Notes: generated from the letters alone by a model not told the origin. Positions 55,174 through 63,803 are shown, counted from the stretch's first letter. The stretch is DNA of 64,000 nt from an uncultured Planctomycetaceae bacterium (GCA_964385715.1 CAYLRE010000001.1:1672-65671); one strand, 5' to 3'. Translations and numbers: made by a program.

Positions 55174-56352
55174 ATGCCCCGCCGACTGAATTCCTTCCAA
55201 ATACCTGGCCCGCTGCAGAGAATCGCCCTTTCGCTCGCTTCGCTAATTGGCCTCTCGGTAGCGGCCCCTCCGGCCGTTAGCGGCGAGAACCTGCTCGTCT
55301 TCATCTCGGCCTCCGCCAAAGGCAACAAAGGAGGCATCCACGCCTTCGAGTTCAACACCGACAACGGCAAGCTCACGCCGCTCCAACGCAACGCCGGGCT
55401 AGAACATCCCTTCTTCATGGCCCTCTCGCCGGACAAGCAGTTTCTCTACTCCATCCACGCGCCTGGCAAACATGGCGGTAAAGAGAACGAGTTCGTAGTC
55501 GCCTTCAAGATCACGGACGATAGCGGCAAGTTAGAAGAGCTAAACCGACAGTCGGCACTCGGCACGGCGGCCTGTTACCTGGACGTCGACGCGACGGGTC
55601 GCTCGATTGTGGTGGCCAACTACAGCACCGGTAGCGTGGCAGCATTGCCGCTCAAGGAAGACGGCTCACTGGAAAAAGCGGCCACCTTCATTCAACACGA
55701 AGGTTCGAGCATCGATCCCAAACGACAAGAGGCGGCCCACGCCCACGCGGCGGTGATCAGCCCTGACAATCGCTTCATGCTCGCGCCCGACTTGGGCCTC
55801 GATAAGATCCTCAGTTACCGCCTCGATCCGGCCACGGCCAAACTTACGCCGGCCGAAACACCCTTCACACGCACCGCGCCTGGCGCTGGCCCTCGGCACC
55901 TGATCTTTCACCCAAACGGCAAGCACGTTTACGTGATCAACGAATTGGCCGACACGGTGTCGATGTTCAACTACGACGCGGAGACCAGTACGCTCGACAA
56001 ACAGCAGACGATCAGCACATTGCCTGAGGATGCCGAAGGCGAAAAGAATTGGACGGCCGATCTCAAGATCACGCCCGACGGCAAGCATCTCTATGCCACC
56101 AATCGTGGGCACGACAGCTTGGCCTGTTTCCGCCTGGGCGAAGACGGGCAGCTGACGTTGCTGAAGATCATACCCAGCGGCGGTAAGAACCCGCAGAACC
56201 TGGCGATTACCCCCGACGGCCGCTGGCTACTTTGTGCCAACATGGCCGGCAACAACGTCAGAGTGTTCCTCATCGAACCGGAAACCGGCACCGCCACGCC
56301 GGTCGGAAAACCGGTGCGACTTCCCAGTCCCGCCTGTATTTTGGTGCGGTAG
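55174..56352 (+). CDS. secreted 7-bladed beta-propeller lactonase (6-phosphogluconolactonase-like)
   Basis: I use the internal ATG at 55174, which gives a signal peptide. The sequence is GGIHAFEFNTDNGKLTPLQ...HPFFMALSPDKQFLYS...VANYSTGSVAALPL...GAGPRHLIFHPNGKHVYVINEL. Confidence 0.75.
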   Translation: MPRRLNSFQIPGPLQRIALSLASLIGLSVAAPPAVSGENLLVFISASAKGNKGGIHAFEFNTDNGKLTPLQRNAGLEHPFFMALSPDKQFLYSIHAPGKHGGKENEFVVAFKITDDSGKLEELNRQSALGTAACYLDVDATGRSIVVANYSTGSVAALPLKEDGSLEKAATFIQHEGSSIDPKRQEAAHAHAAVISPDNRFMLAPDLGLDKILSYRLDPATAKLTPAETPFTRTAPGAGPRHLIFHPNGKHVYVINELADTVSMFNYDAETSTLDKQQTISTLPEDAEGEKNWTADLKITPDGKHLYATNRGHDSLACFRLGEDGQLTLLKIIPSGGKNPQNLAITPDGRWLLCANMAGNNVRVFLIEPETGTATPVGKPVRLPSPACILVR

Positions 56353-56379
56353 CAGATACCGGACGCAACTCGATGTGCT

Positions 56380-56652
56380 CTATCGCGTGGCGATCATAAC
56401 GATGTGCAACGTGATGAAGAGGATTGTAATTCCCATGCCAACGGCGCCGGCAACCTTTGAAGAACTCTTGCCTGAAAATATCGCCACGGCAGACACGATT
56501 CCGCCGGATACTAATAACGCCCAAAATATTACCGCGATGACAATCTTGGTTTCGTAAGCGAGCGGAAAGAACACCAACAATCGACAAATCGCCGCTAGTA
56601 GCGTCAAGGCGAGACCAACAACTCCCGTCGGAATATCAACCTTGTTGGACAT
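56380..56652 (-). CDS. small hypothetical membrane protein (90 aa, about 3 TM), lower GC
   Basis: The sequence is MSNKVDIPTGVVGLALTLLAAICRLLVFFPLAYETKIVIAVIFWALLVSGGIVSAVAIF... Confidence 0.45.
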   Translation of the reverse strand: MSNKVDIPTGVVGLALTLLAAICRLLVFFPLAYETKIVIAVIFWALLVSGGIVSAVAIFSGKSSSKVAGAVGMGITILFITLHIVMIATR

Positions 56653-57222
56653 AATCGTTTCCTGCTTCCTGTTCGGGTTGAAGTCCTGTTCGTTGTTCGA
56701 CGTTCTTGAACGACATGCGATTCTGATTCGTTTCAGCAGAATCGTTGGCAGCTTCAGTCAACCAGAACGTGTACGATTACCCCGCAATAGGGTGCTACCT
56801 GTAGCATGTCGTCGGTATCGTTGATAACACGAAAACGTCGGCCACTACCTGCTCTAGAAATGGAGAAATATTGCGTACCGTATTTTTAGTTCACGGATGC
56901 CCTGCATTGAGAATGCCACCAGCAGGTAGTCTAGCGGAATTCACGCGCCCTTCAATCCTAAAATGACATATTCTCGTGAGGTGGCGGTCGACCGCACGTA
57001 TCCAGCACCACGCAGAGCTATCAGCGGCGGCAAAGGGCATTCGGGCGGCACTCGCCGACTCTTCCCACAATTTCCCCCAGCGCTTCTCACAATTTCTCCC
57101 AAGCGATCCCAATACTTCGTCCCCGCCGGCGAATAGTCTTGCATCATCGCCGTAAGACTCCGATCGGGCATATCGGCTGTGAGCCAGCCTGACAACAACG
57201 AAGCAAGTGGGAAACTTTGGGC

Positions 57223-58158
57223 ATGTACGGTCTCGTTCGAGAAGTCGATCGCGTTCTGCGCGGCGAGGTAACCCGGCTGGAAAATCTCAAAGACGGAATC
57301 ATCTCCGTCAGAGCATCTTCGCTGACGATCATGGTCATTGCCCTGGGCATGATCTACGGCCTCTGCATGGGCTGCTTCGCATTATTCCGGCTGCATGGAA
57401 TTCCGGCCGATCAGCTTCGCGCGGAGGACGTGTTCATGAACATACCGCTGGGGGACGGTCGTCTGATCGTTCCTTGGCAGATGATTGCCACGACGATCAA
57501 AGTGCCTGCGCTTTTCTTGCTTACCCTATTGATTACGTTTCCGTCGCTCTATGTCTTCAACGCCTTGGTCGGTTCGCGGCTATCGGTACGTAACGTCGTG
57601 CGACTGCTAGTTGCCGCGCTCGTGGTCAATTTGGCAGTGCTGGCTTCCTTGGGGCCGATCGTTGTCTTTTTCAACGTCAGCACGACCAGCTATCCCTTTA
57701 TGACTCTGCTGAATGTTGTCGTGTTCGGACTGGCCGGACTACTGGGACTCGTCTTCTTGTTACAAACACTTCATCGCTATAGCGTGGCAACCGCGCTGGC
57801 CATCGCAAAAGAAGGCGCACCGCAGTCAACGGGCGTGCCCGATCTCGTACCGCGCGAAACGCCTGCAGAAGACGAACAAGACGATCCATCGATAACCGCC
57901 ATGCCGGTTGTCGCACAGAAGGTCCGCGAGCCGGGGGCCCTCGACCGCCTCCCTGGCCATGTGCTCGGCAAACACACAAAACTGATCTTCAGAATCTGGG
58001 TGGTCGTGTTTGGACTGGTCGGTGCCCAAATGGGCTGGGTGCTACGACCGTTCATCGGCGATCCCGACATGCCGTTCGCCTGGCTGCGTCCCCGCGAGTC
58101 GAACTTCTTCGAGTCGGTCTTCCGTGCCATCGGCGATCTACTCGGTCTGCCGATGTAG
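57223..58158 (+). CDS. polytopic membrane protein of unknown function, paralog 1
   Basis: The sequence is TIKVPALFLLTLLITFPSLYVFNALVG...LVGAQMGWVLRPFIGDPDMPFAWLRPRESNFF. It is a clear paralog of the next gene and carries an extra acidic/Pro-rich loop of about 60 aa. Confidence 0.65.
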   Translation: MYGLVREVDRVLRGEVTRLENLKDGIISVRASSLTIMVIALGMIYGLCMGCFALFRLHGIPADQLRAEDVFMNIPLGDGRLIVPWQMIATTIKVPALFLLTLLITFPSLYVFNALVGSRLSVRNVVRLLVAALVVNLAVLASLGPIVVFFNVSTTSYPFMTLLNVVVFGLAGLLGLVFLLQTLHRYSVATALAIAKEGAPQSTGVPDLVPRETPAEDEQDDPSITAMPVVAQKVREPGALDRLPGHVLGKHTKLIFRIWVVVFGLVGAQMGWVLRPFIGDPDMPFAWLRPRESNFFESVFRAIGDLLGLPM

Positions 58159-58223
58159 GCGCGACTGGGCATCGATTTCCTGTGCGAGATAATAGAGGTC
58201 TCTGTGCGGAAGCAAGGCAAACC

Positions 58224-58898
58224 ATGACTGCCCTATTTCGAACCGCCGATGGACTGCTCCGCGGCGACGCCTGGGCCACGCGATCTGAGAATCCGCGGCG
58301 CGTGGTGTTTGGTTTGCTGGTCGTGATCGTGTCGTTCGGAATGTTCTACGGCGCGGCGATGGGAACGTTCGGCGGACTATTCGGCGAGCGAACCTGGCAG
58401 ATTCTCTATTCATCACTCAAAGTTCCGCTCCTCTTGTCGGCGACCTTTGCGATCAGCCTTCCAAGCTTCTTCGTACTCAACACCTTGCTCGGCCTACGAG
58501 ACGACTTTGGCGAGGCCGTCCGGGCACTCATGGCAACGCAGGCTGGCCTGGCCGTGATCCTCGCCTCACTAGCCCCGCTAACGATGTTCTACTACGCCTC
58601 GACGGCCGACTATCGAACCGCGGTACTGTTCAACGGTCTGATGTTCGCGATCGCTAGCTGCGCGGCCCAGGTGTTATTGCGCCGCCACTACCGGGGCCTC
58701 ATTACGCGGCATCGGAATCACCGCTGGCTGCTCTGGTCGTGGATCGCGATCTACGCCTTCGTCGGAATTCAGATGGGCTGGCTGCTAAGGCCGTTCGTCG
58801 GTGATCCCGACATGCCGGTACAGTTCTTCCGCGAAGGAAGCTGGGACAACGCCTACATGATCGTGATCGAGAACGTCTGGCATGCGCTGACAGATTAG
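58224..58898 (+). CDS. polytopic membrane protein of unknown function, paralog 2
   Basis: The sequence is SLKVPLLLSATFAISLPSFFVLNTLLG...FVGIQMGWLLRPFVGDPDMPVQFFREGSWDN. I use the internal ATG at 58224. Confidence 0.65.
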   Translation: MTALFRTADGLLRGDAWATRSENPRRVVFGLLVVIVSFGMFYGAAMGTFGGLFGERTWQILYSSLKVPLLLSATFAISLPSFFVLNTLLGLRDDFGEAVRALMATQAGLAVILASLAPLTMFYYASTADYRTAVLFNGLMFAIASCAAQVLLRRHYRGLITRHRNHRWLLWSWIAIYAFVGIQMGWLLRPFVGDPDMPVQFFREGSWDNAYMIVIENVWHALTD

Positions 58899-58903
58899 GA
58901 ATG

Positions 58904-59006
58904 CTACCAGTGGCGCAACCCACAGCTCGCACCGTCGGTCCGCTCGAAGCCTGCAACATTTGTGACGTCAAAGGCCACGGCCGGCAGAGATCCCGCTCGA
59001 CACCTA
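58904..59006 (+). pseudogene. doubly deleted relic of the PII (glnB-like) locus
   Basis: 58932-58986 matches 31568-31624 (CCGTCGG..CCGCTCGA[G/A]GCCTGCA[G/A]CATT[C/T]GTGA[G/C]GTCAAAGGCCACGGCCGGCA). 58987-59006 matches the last 20-23 nt of the PII gene including the stop (GAGATCCCGCTCGAC[G/A]C[T/C]TAG). A CCAGTGGC word precedes both loci. The junction is out of frame. Confidence 0.7.
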
Positions 59007-59210
59007 GATTCTTTGAGGGCGAACACGCTTGTGAGTCTCAACGCTTAGGGCGGCAACAATCTTGGACCAGAAGCCTCGTGGGGCATCCAAGTATTTCTAT
59101 GCTGCTCCGTCAGATGCACCCTCCGTCAGAATCAACGGACCAAGGGCACCAATCAAGAAGGGTAGTCGGACGAGAAGTCACCGAGCCCACGGTGCCAGGC
59201 ACACACATCC

Positions 59211-59318
59211 TTACACATAGTAAGGATCGGTCTTGGCCATCGGACGGACGCCGCCCCAGACGGCGGTCATGGCGATCAAAGCTCCGGCGATCATCAGTAT
59301 GGTGGTCGGCTCGAACAT
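59211..59318 (-). CDS. 35-aa single-TM small protein with strong Shine-Dalgarno
   Basis: GGAAGGAGA lies 7 nt upstream of the ATG (complement of 59316-59318). The sequence is MFEPTTILMIAGALIAMTAVWGGVRPMAKTDPYYV. Confidence 0.45.
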   Translation of the reverse strand: MFEPTTILMIAGALIAMTAVWGGVRPMAKTDPYYV

Positions 59319-59530
59319 GGCTTGGGTCTCCTTCCCGCAAAGGTCAACGCATCGGCGAATACTGATAAGAAGGAAATGCACAGCCCGTGCCAATCGCCGA
59401 TCGATGTCGCTGACTTTTTTGTAAGTCACTAACAAGCAAGATGTTAACCGGCAAACCGCGCGGCAGTGCCCAGAAGTTGCTAGCGGTAAGAAGTGCAATC
59501 AGTTTGATCAACCCTGTGTCCAGAGCGCAT

Positions 59531-59715
59531 CGCTAGCGGCGCGCGAGTGTGAAAGTTTGAGGGTTGTAAGGGCGCATGCCTGAGGGTGCCATGCCCACGT
59601 AAACGTGGGCATGATATCGAGCTGCAACAAGAGCATGCTCACCTATGGGTGAGCATGGCACCCAACGGTACGAACCTAAAACTCTCAAATTCACCGCGAC
59701 TCGCACGCGATCTCG
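59531..59715. repeat. nested inverted-repeat element with two perfect 10-bp hairpins (MITE-like or structured RNA)
   Basis: The two hairpins are CATGCCCACG-taaa-CGTGGGCATG (59590-59613) and CATGCTCACC-tatg-GGTGAGCATG (59634-59657). They are enclosed by GGGTGCC (59584-59590) pairing with GGCACCC (59658-59664). Imperfect outer arms of about 25 nt span 59547-59571 and 59671-59697. Confidence 0.6.
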
Positions 59716-59754
59716 CCTTTTAACATTCGATGCGTACCGACCACGCCCTAGCGC

Positions 59755-59800
59755 AAAAATTAAGGCCGGCGGTCGTCAGGGGATAACGACCGTCGGCCTT
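59755..59800 (-). terminator. intrinsic terminator downstream of the 59948-60445 gene
   Basis: The minus strand reads AAGGCCGACGGTCGT-tatcccctg-ACGACCGCCGGCCTT (a 15-bp stem with one GU pair) followed by AATTTTTG. Confidence 0.55.
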
Positions 59801-59947
59801 GAAGACTGCTCGGACAAGCAGTTTAAGGTGGGATACGCTTGCGATGATCGGGTGCGATTACCGGTCATCGCGATTAGCCGAGGCAAGACGTGATAGGACT
59901 CGCTGCGACCAAAACTCTTCAAATCTCACACAAGCTATTTCGCTTTA

Positions 59948-60445
59948 CTATTTGAACGGGGCACGCACCGGATAAACACCGAACTGCGTGGTGTCGCTCG
60001 GCCAGTGCGGAGTTGGCATCAGAGGACGACCGTCGGCCTGTCCCGTGCCTGGTCCCGGGTAAGGACGAGCGAACTGGTGACAAATGTGCGTTACGCGAGT
60101 GTTGCTCACTCCCCAACCCATGTTGGTGGTCAGCTCCGCGGTCGGCGGCATCACGAGTGCCACGGGGGCACCCCATTCCGTGTGGTAGTAGTTGCAGTGC
60201 CAGGGGCGGTAATGCACGCCAACACATTGACCGCAATGGTAGTTCCGCAGCTTATCGCCGGAAGACTTGTACCAACGATAACCGTACGGCCCGTGCGTGT
60301 AGTGGGCGTAACCGCGGGCGACTTTCTTCGCCGCGTGCTTCCTACCACCTTTGCAATCTTTGCAATGTCGTTCAGCAGCCACGGCGTTTGACGCCAGGGC
60401 GACTAGCGACACGGCCAGCAGCGTACAACGAATGACGGCTTTCAT
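59948..60445 (-). CDS. small secreted Cys/His/aromatic-rich hypothetical protein
   Basis: I use the internal ATG at 60445. The signal peptide is MKAVIRCTLLAVSLVALASNAVAA. The mature part contains HCKDCKGG...YHCGQCVGVHYRPWHCNYYHTEWGAPVALVMPP. Confidence 0.6.
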   Translation of the reverse strand: MKAVIRCTLLAVSLVALASNAVAAERHCKDCKGGRKHAAKKVARGYAHYTHGPYGYRWYKSSGDKLRNYHCGQCVGVHYRPWHCNYYHTEWGAPVALVMPPTAELTTNMGWGVSNTRVTHICHQFARPYPGPGTGQADGRPLMPTPHWPSDTTQFGVYPVRAPFK

Positions 60446-60589
60446 GCTCACTCTTCCTATGATTCGCCACTGCGGTCGCCTCCGACGTCCCTGTCGGACG
60501 CATACCGCTGTCATGGCTTGGGGGGAATCATCTTCTGACTTGTTTCGCATCAGTCGACCGAAACATCTCCGGCCCACCGCAACGTTCGC

Positions 60590-60916
60590 TTAGCGGTACC
60601 AAATCCGCGTGCGAGTCGTGCCGCCGACGAAGTGCCGTCGCGTGTAAATGCGATGATGGCGGTACATGAACTCGTGCGGATTGAACGGCTGGTACGTTAC
60701 AAACGTGTGCCCTACCAACGGTGGCGTCGGTCGCGGGCAAAGGTGCATGGCCGCGGGATAGGCACCCGAATAGCCGGCACCAACGTAGTAGTTGTAGAAC
60801 AGGTCCTGGTTCTGGACGGGGTATCCGCACTCGGCGGCCTGGGCCTGTGAATCAACAGCGAATACGGCCAACAAGCTCGCCGCGGCGATGACCAATGCAA
60901 TGCAGCTTCGCGACAT
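60590..60916 (-). CDS. small secreted Tyr/Pro/His-rich hypothetical protein
   Basis: I use the internal ATG at 60916. The signal peptide is MSRSCIALVIAAASLLAVFAVDSQAQA. The mature part contains LFYNYYVGAGYSGAYPAAMHLCPRPTPPLVGHTFVTYQPFNPHEFMYRHHRIY. Confidence 0.6.
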   Translation of the reverse strand: MSRSCIALVIAAASLLAVFAVDSQAQAAECGYPVQNQDLFYNYYVGAGYSGAYPAAMHLCPRPTPPLVGHTFVTYQPFNPHEFMYRHHRIYTRRHFVGGTTRTRIWYR

Positions 60917-61344
60917 TGGATCAGCTCCTGATGGATTGGGTGTGGCGGGTATGGGAAGGGCACCTGGCGTGTGGGGCATCCGCCGTGGGTCAGGCGGGAC
61001 CTGTTGAGTGATTGCGGCGGCAACTTTCGCGGCGGCGAATCGACTCGGCCAAGGTGGAACAGAGAAGCGCCGCTCTCAAATCAAGGACGACACATCCTCT
61101 GCCAAAACATGTCTCGGCACTTGTCGGTCCTAGCGGTGAGTCTTTATGTGACGGATGTTCCAATTAGCCGTTTGTCCCACCTGTATCGGGCCAAACCGGC
61201 TCGCGAGGCCGCCATACAACGGGTATAATCCGCACCGCCCGCAAGGTTTAACACGCTCGCGACCCCGATTCGCTGACGCTACACCCAGGACACTGCAATC
61301 GTCACGTCACCAAAGATGGTGACGTCACCACGGAGGAACCCCGC

Positions 61345-63522
61345 GTGGGTCAGGTAAAGAAGAAAAAGAAGAAGGCCGCGCAGCCGGCGCGGAAGAAGAG
61401 GGTCAAAAAGAAGGTCCGCCGAGCCACCGCTTCCAAGAACGGTGCATCCGAGAACGGGGCCGCTAGCAACGGCGAGGCAGCCGCCGCCAGTGGCAAGAAA
61501 GTCGCTCGCAAACGTCGCGCCACCGCCCAGTCGATGGCCGCCGGTCAGCGCGACATTTCGGTCAGCGAATTCTTCGCCAAGAACCGCCACCTGCTTGGAT
61601 TCGATAATCCTCGCAAGGCCCTACTGACCACCATCAAGGAAGCGGTCGACAACTCGCTCGACGCCTGCGAAGAAGCGGGCATCCTGCCTGAGATTTGGGT
61701 GCACGTCGAACAGACCGGTAATGCCCGCTACAAGGTCGGCGTGCAAGACAACGGCCCCGGCATCGTCAAGAAACAGATCCCGCTGATCTTTGGCAAGCTG
61801 CTCTACGGCTCCAAGTTCCACCGCCTGCGCATGAGCCGCGGGCAACAAGGTATCGGTATCAGTGCGGCCGGCATGTACGGCGTTCTGACCACAGGCAAAC
61901 CGGTCAAGATTAGCTCCAAGGTCTCTAAGCGAAAGCCGATCCACTACTACGAAATTCAAATCGACACCAAGGTCAACAAGCCGGAAATCCTCAACGGACG
62001 TGGCGACGGCGAAGACATTCCGCCCGGTGGTAAGGGCGAGACCTACATGAAGAAAAAGGGAATCGAATGGGCCGCCCGCTACGGCGACGACCCCAACGAT
62101 CCCGACGCCAAGGAAGTCGTCAGCGGAACCCGCGTGACGATCGAGCTGGAAGCCAAGTACCAACGCGGCCGCGGCAGTGTCGACGAGTACCTGGAACAAA
62201 CGGCCATCGCCAATCCGCACGTCACCATTCACTACCTCGATCCGGACGGTAACACGAGCAGCTACCACCGCTCGACCGAACAGTTGCCGGCCGAGCCGAA
62301 GGAAATCAAACCGCATCCCTACGGTGTCGAGCTTGGCCGTCTGATCGCCATGCTCAAAGAGACCGACGCCTCGACGGTCACGCAGTTCCTCACCCAGTCG
62401 TTCTCCCGCGTCAGTCCTTCCGTGGCTCGCAAGATCTGCGAAGGGGCCGACATCTCCGTGCGGGCGAGCACGAAGAAGATCGGTCGCGGTGAGGCGGATC
62501 GTGTCTACCAGTCGATTCAAGAAACCAAGATCGCTGCCCCCCGGACCGACTGCATCTGCCCGATCGGCGAAGAGTTGATCCTCAAAGGGTTGCATCAAGT
62601 CGTACCCGGCGAGTTCTATGCCGCCGCCACGCGACCGCCAAACGTCTATCGCGGCAACCCCTTCCAAATCGAAGTCGGGCTCGCCTACGGTGGCGGACCG
62701 AGCACGTCGCAGGTAACCCGCGAGACGCTCGTTGAGCTGCTCAGCCAAACCGATCTTCGCACGATGCGTCAGTTCTTAATTCATACCTTCAACGGCATCG
62801 GCGCGGAATCGGCCGACAAGATCATCAAGGCTTCTGGCCTCGGCACGCGACAGTCGCCCGCCAGGCTCAAGCCGAAGGAGATCGACGAGTTCCATGCCGC
62901 CATGCAAGGTGTGAACGTCAGTGAGGGGCAATCGATGAACGTGCTCCGCTACGCCAACCGCGTGCCGCTGCAGTTCCAGCATGGTGCCTGTGCGATTACC
63001 CAATCAGTCATCAACAACAACTGGCGAAGCTACGGGTTGAGCCAATCGCGAGGTTCACTCCCCTCCGGTCCGGTCACCGTCATGATTCACATGGCCAGTG
63101 TGTGGGTGCCGTTCACGAGCGAATCGAAAGAAGCGGTTGCCAGCTACCCGGAAATCGAAAAGGAACTCCGCCTGGCTTTGCAGTCGGTCGGTCGCAAACT
63201 GGGCATGTATCTGCGGCGCCGCATCCGCGTTCGTCAGGAAGGCGAGAGGCGCAACATCTTCCTACGATACCTGGGCGAGGTCGCCCGAGCTGTGAGCGAG
63301 GTGAACCAGACCGATCAAAAGAAGCTCTACGACAACTTGATGACAATCGCCAAGAAAAAGACGGCCGAAGCGGACGTCAAGCTTGACAATCGCGGTCGTC
63401 CGGTCGACGAAGAAGAACTCGACCTGGGCGACAACGTGCTGATCGTCGATCCTGGCGACGCCAACGAACAACTGCTCGCCCAAGCCGGCAAGAAAACGGT
63501 CGTCGAAGACGAGGAAGAGTAA
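61345..63522 (+). CDS. top6B: DNA topoisomerase VI subunit B with Lys-rich N-terminal extension
   Basis: The GHKL ATPase boxes are EAVDNSLDACEE (N box) and VQDNGPGI (G1). The transducer region is also present. The N-terminus is MGQVKKKKKKAAQPARKKRVKKKVRR, starting from a GTG. Confidence 0.85.
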   Translation: MGQVKKKKKKAAQPARKKRVKKKVRRATASKNGASENGAASNGEAAAASGKKVARKRRATAQSMAAGQRDISVSEFFAKNRHLLGFDNPRKALLTTIKEAVDNSLDACEEAGILPEIWVHVEQTGNARYKVGVQDNGPGIVKKQIPLIFGKLLYGSKFHRLRMSRGQQGIGISAAGMYGVLTTGKPVKISSKVSKRKPIHYYEIQIDTKVNKPEILNGRGDGEDIPPGGKGETYMKKKGIEWAARYGDDPNDPDAKEVVSGTRVTIELEAKYQRGRGSVDEYLEQTAIANPHVTIHYLDPDGNTSSYHRSTEQLPAEPKEIKPHPYGVELGRLIAMLKETDASTVTQFLTQSFSRVSPSVARKICEGADISVRASTKKIGRGEADRVYQSIQETKIAAPRTDCICPIGEELILKGLHQVVPGEFYAAATRPPNVYRGNPFQIEVGLAYGGGPSTSQVTRETLVELLSQTDLRTMRQFLIHTFNGIGAESADKIIKASGLGTRQSPARLKPKEIDEFHAAMQGVNVSEGQSMNVLRYANRVPLQFQHGACAITQSVINNNWRSYGLSQSRGSLPSGPVTVMIHMASVWVPFTSESKEAVASYPEIEKELRLALQSVGRKLGMYLRRRIRVRQEGERRNIFLRYLGEVARAVSEVNQTDQKKLYDNLMTIAKKKTAEADVKLDNRGRPVDEEELDLGDNVLIVDPGDANEQLLAQAGKKTVVEDEEE

Positions 63523-63540
63523 GAGAGAACAGGGAGGTCC

Positions 63541-63715
63541 GGGAGGGCGAGGCTCCTGCCGAGCCACGGTAGAGAGAGTTGATTCGCAATCCACACTGGT
63601 AGCAAGCTACCAGTGGCACCCACCCACAACCCGAAGCGTCAGCGAGGGACACAACGTTAGACGTTCACCAACACCATAGCCCCTTTGCGTTTGCGTCACG
63701 GAGTGCCGCACGACT
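63541..63715 (+). repeat. concatenated A, D, B and C repeat modules filling the top6B-top6A spacer
   Basis: The modules in order are GGGAGGGCGAGGCTCCTGCCGAGCC (63541-63565), CTGGTAGCAAGCTACCAGTGGCACCC (63596-63621), AACCCGAAGCGTCAGCGAGGGAC (63628-63650) and GCGTTTGCGTCACGGAGTGCCGCACGACT (63687-63715). Confidence 0.8.
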
Positions 63716-63803
63716 ATGGCCGTTGATCAAGAACATCCCGATCCGGCCTTCGGCCTTACGAAGAGACAACACAACCGACACCAACTGAGAAAGAACATAG
63801 GCC

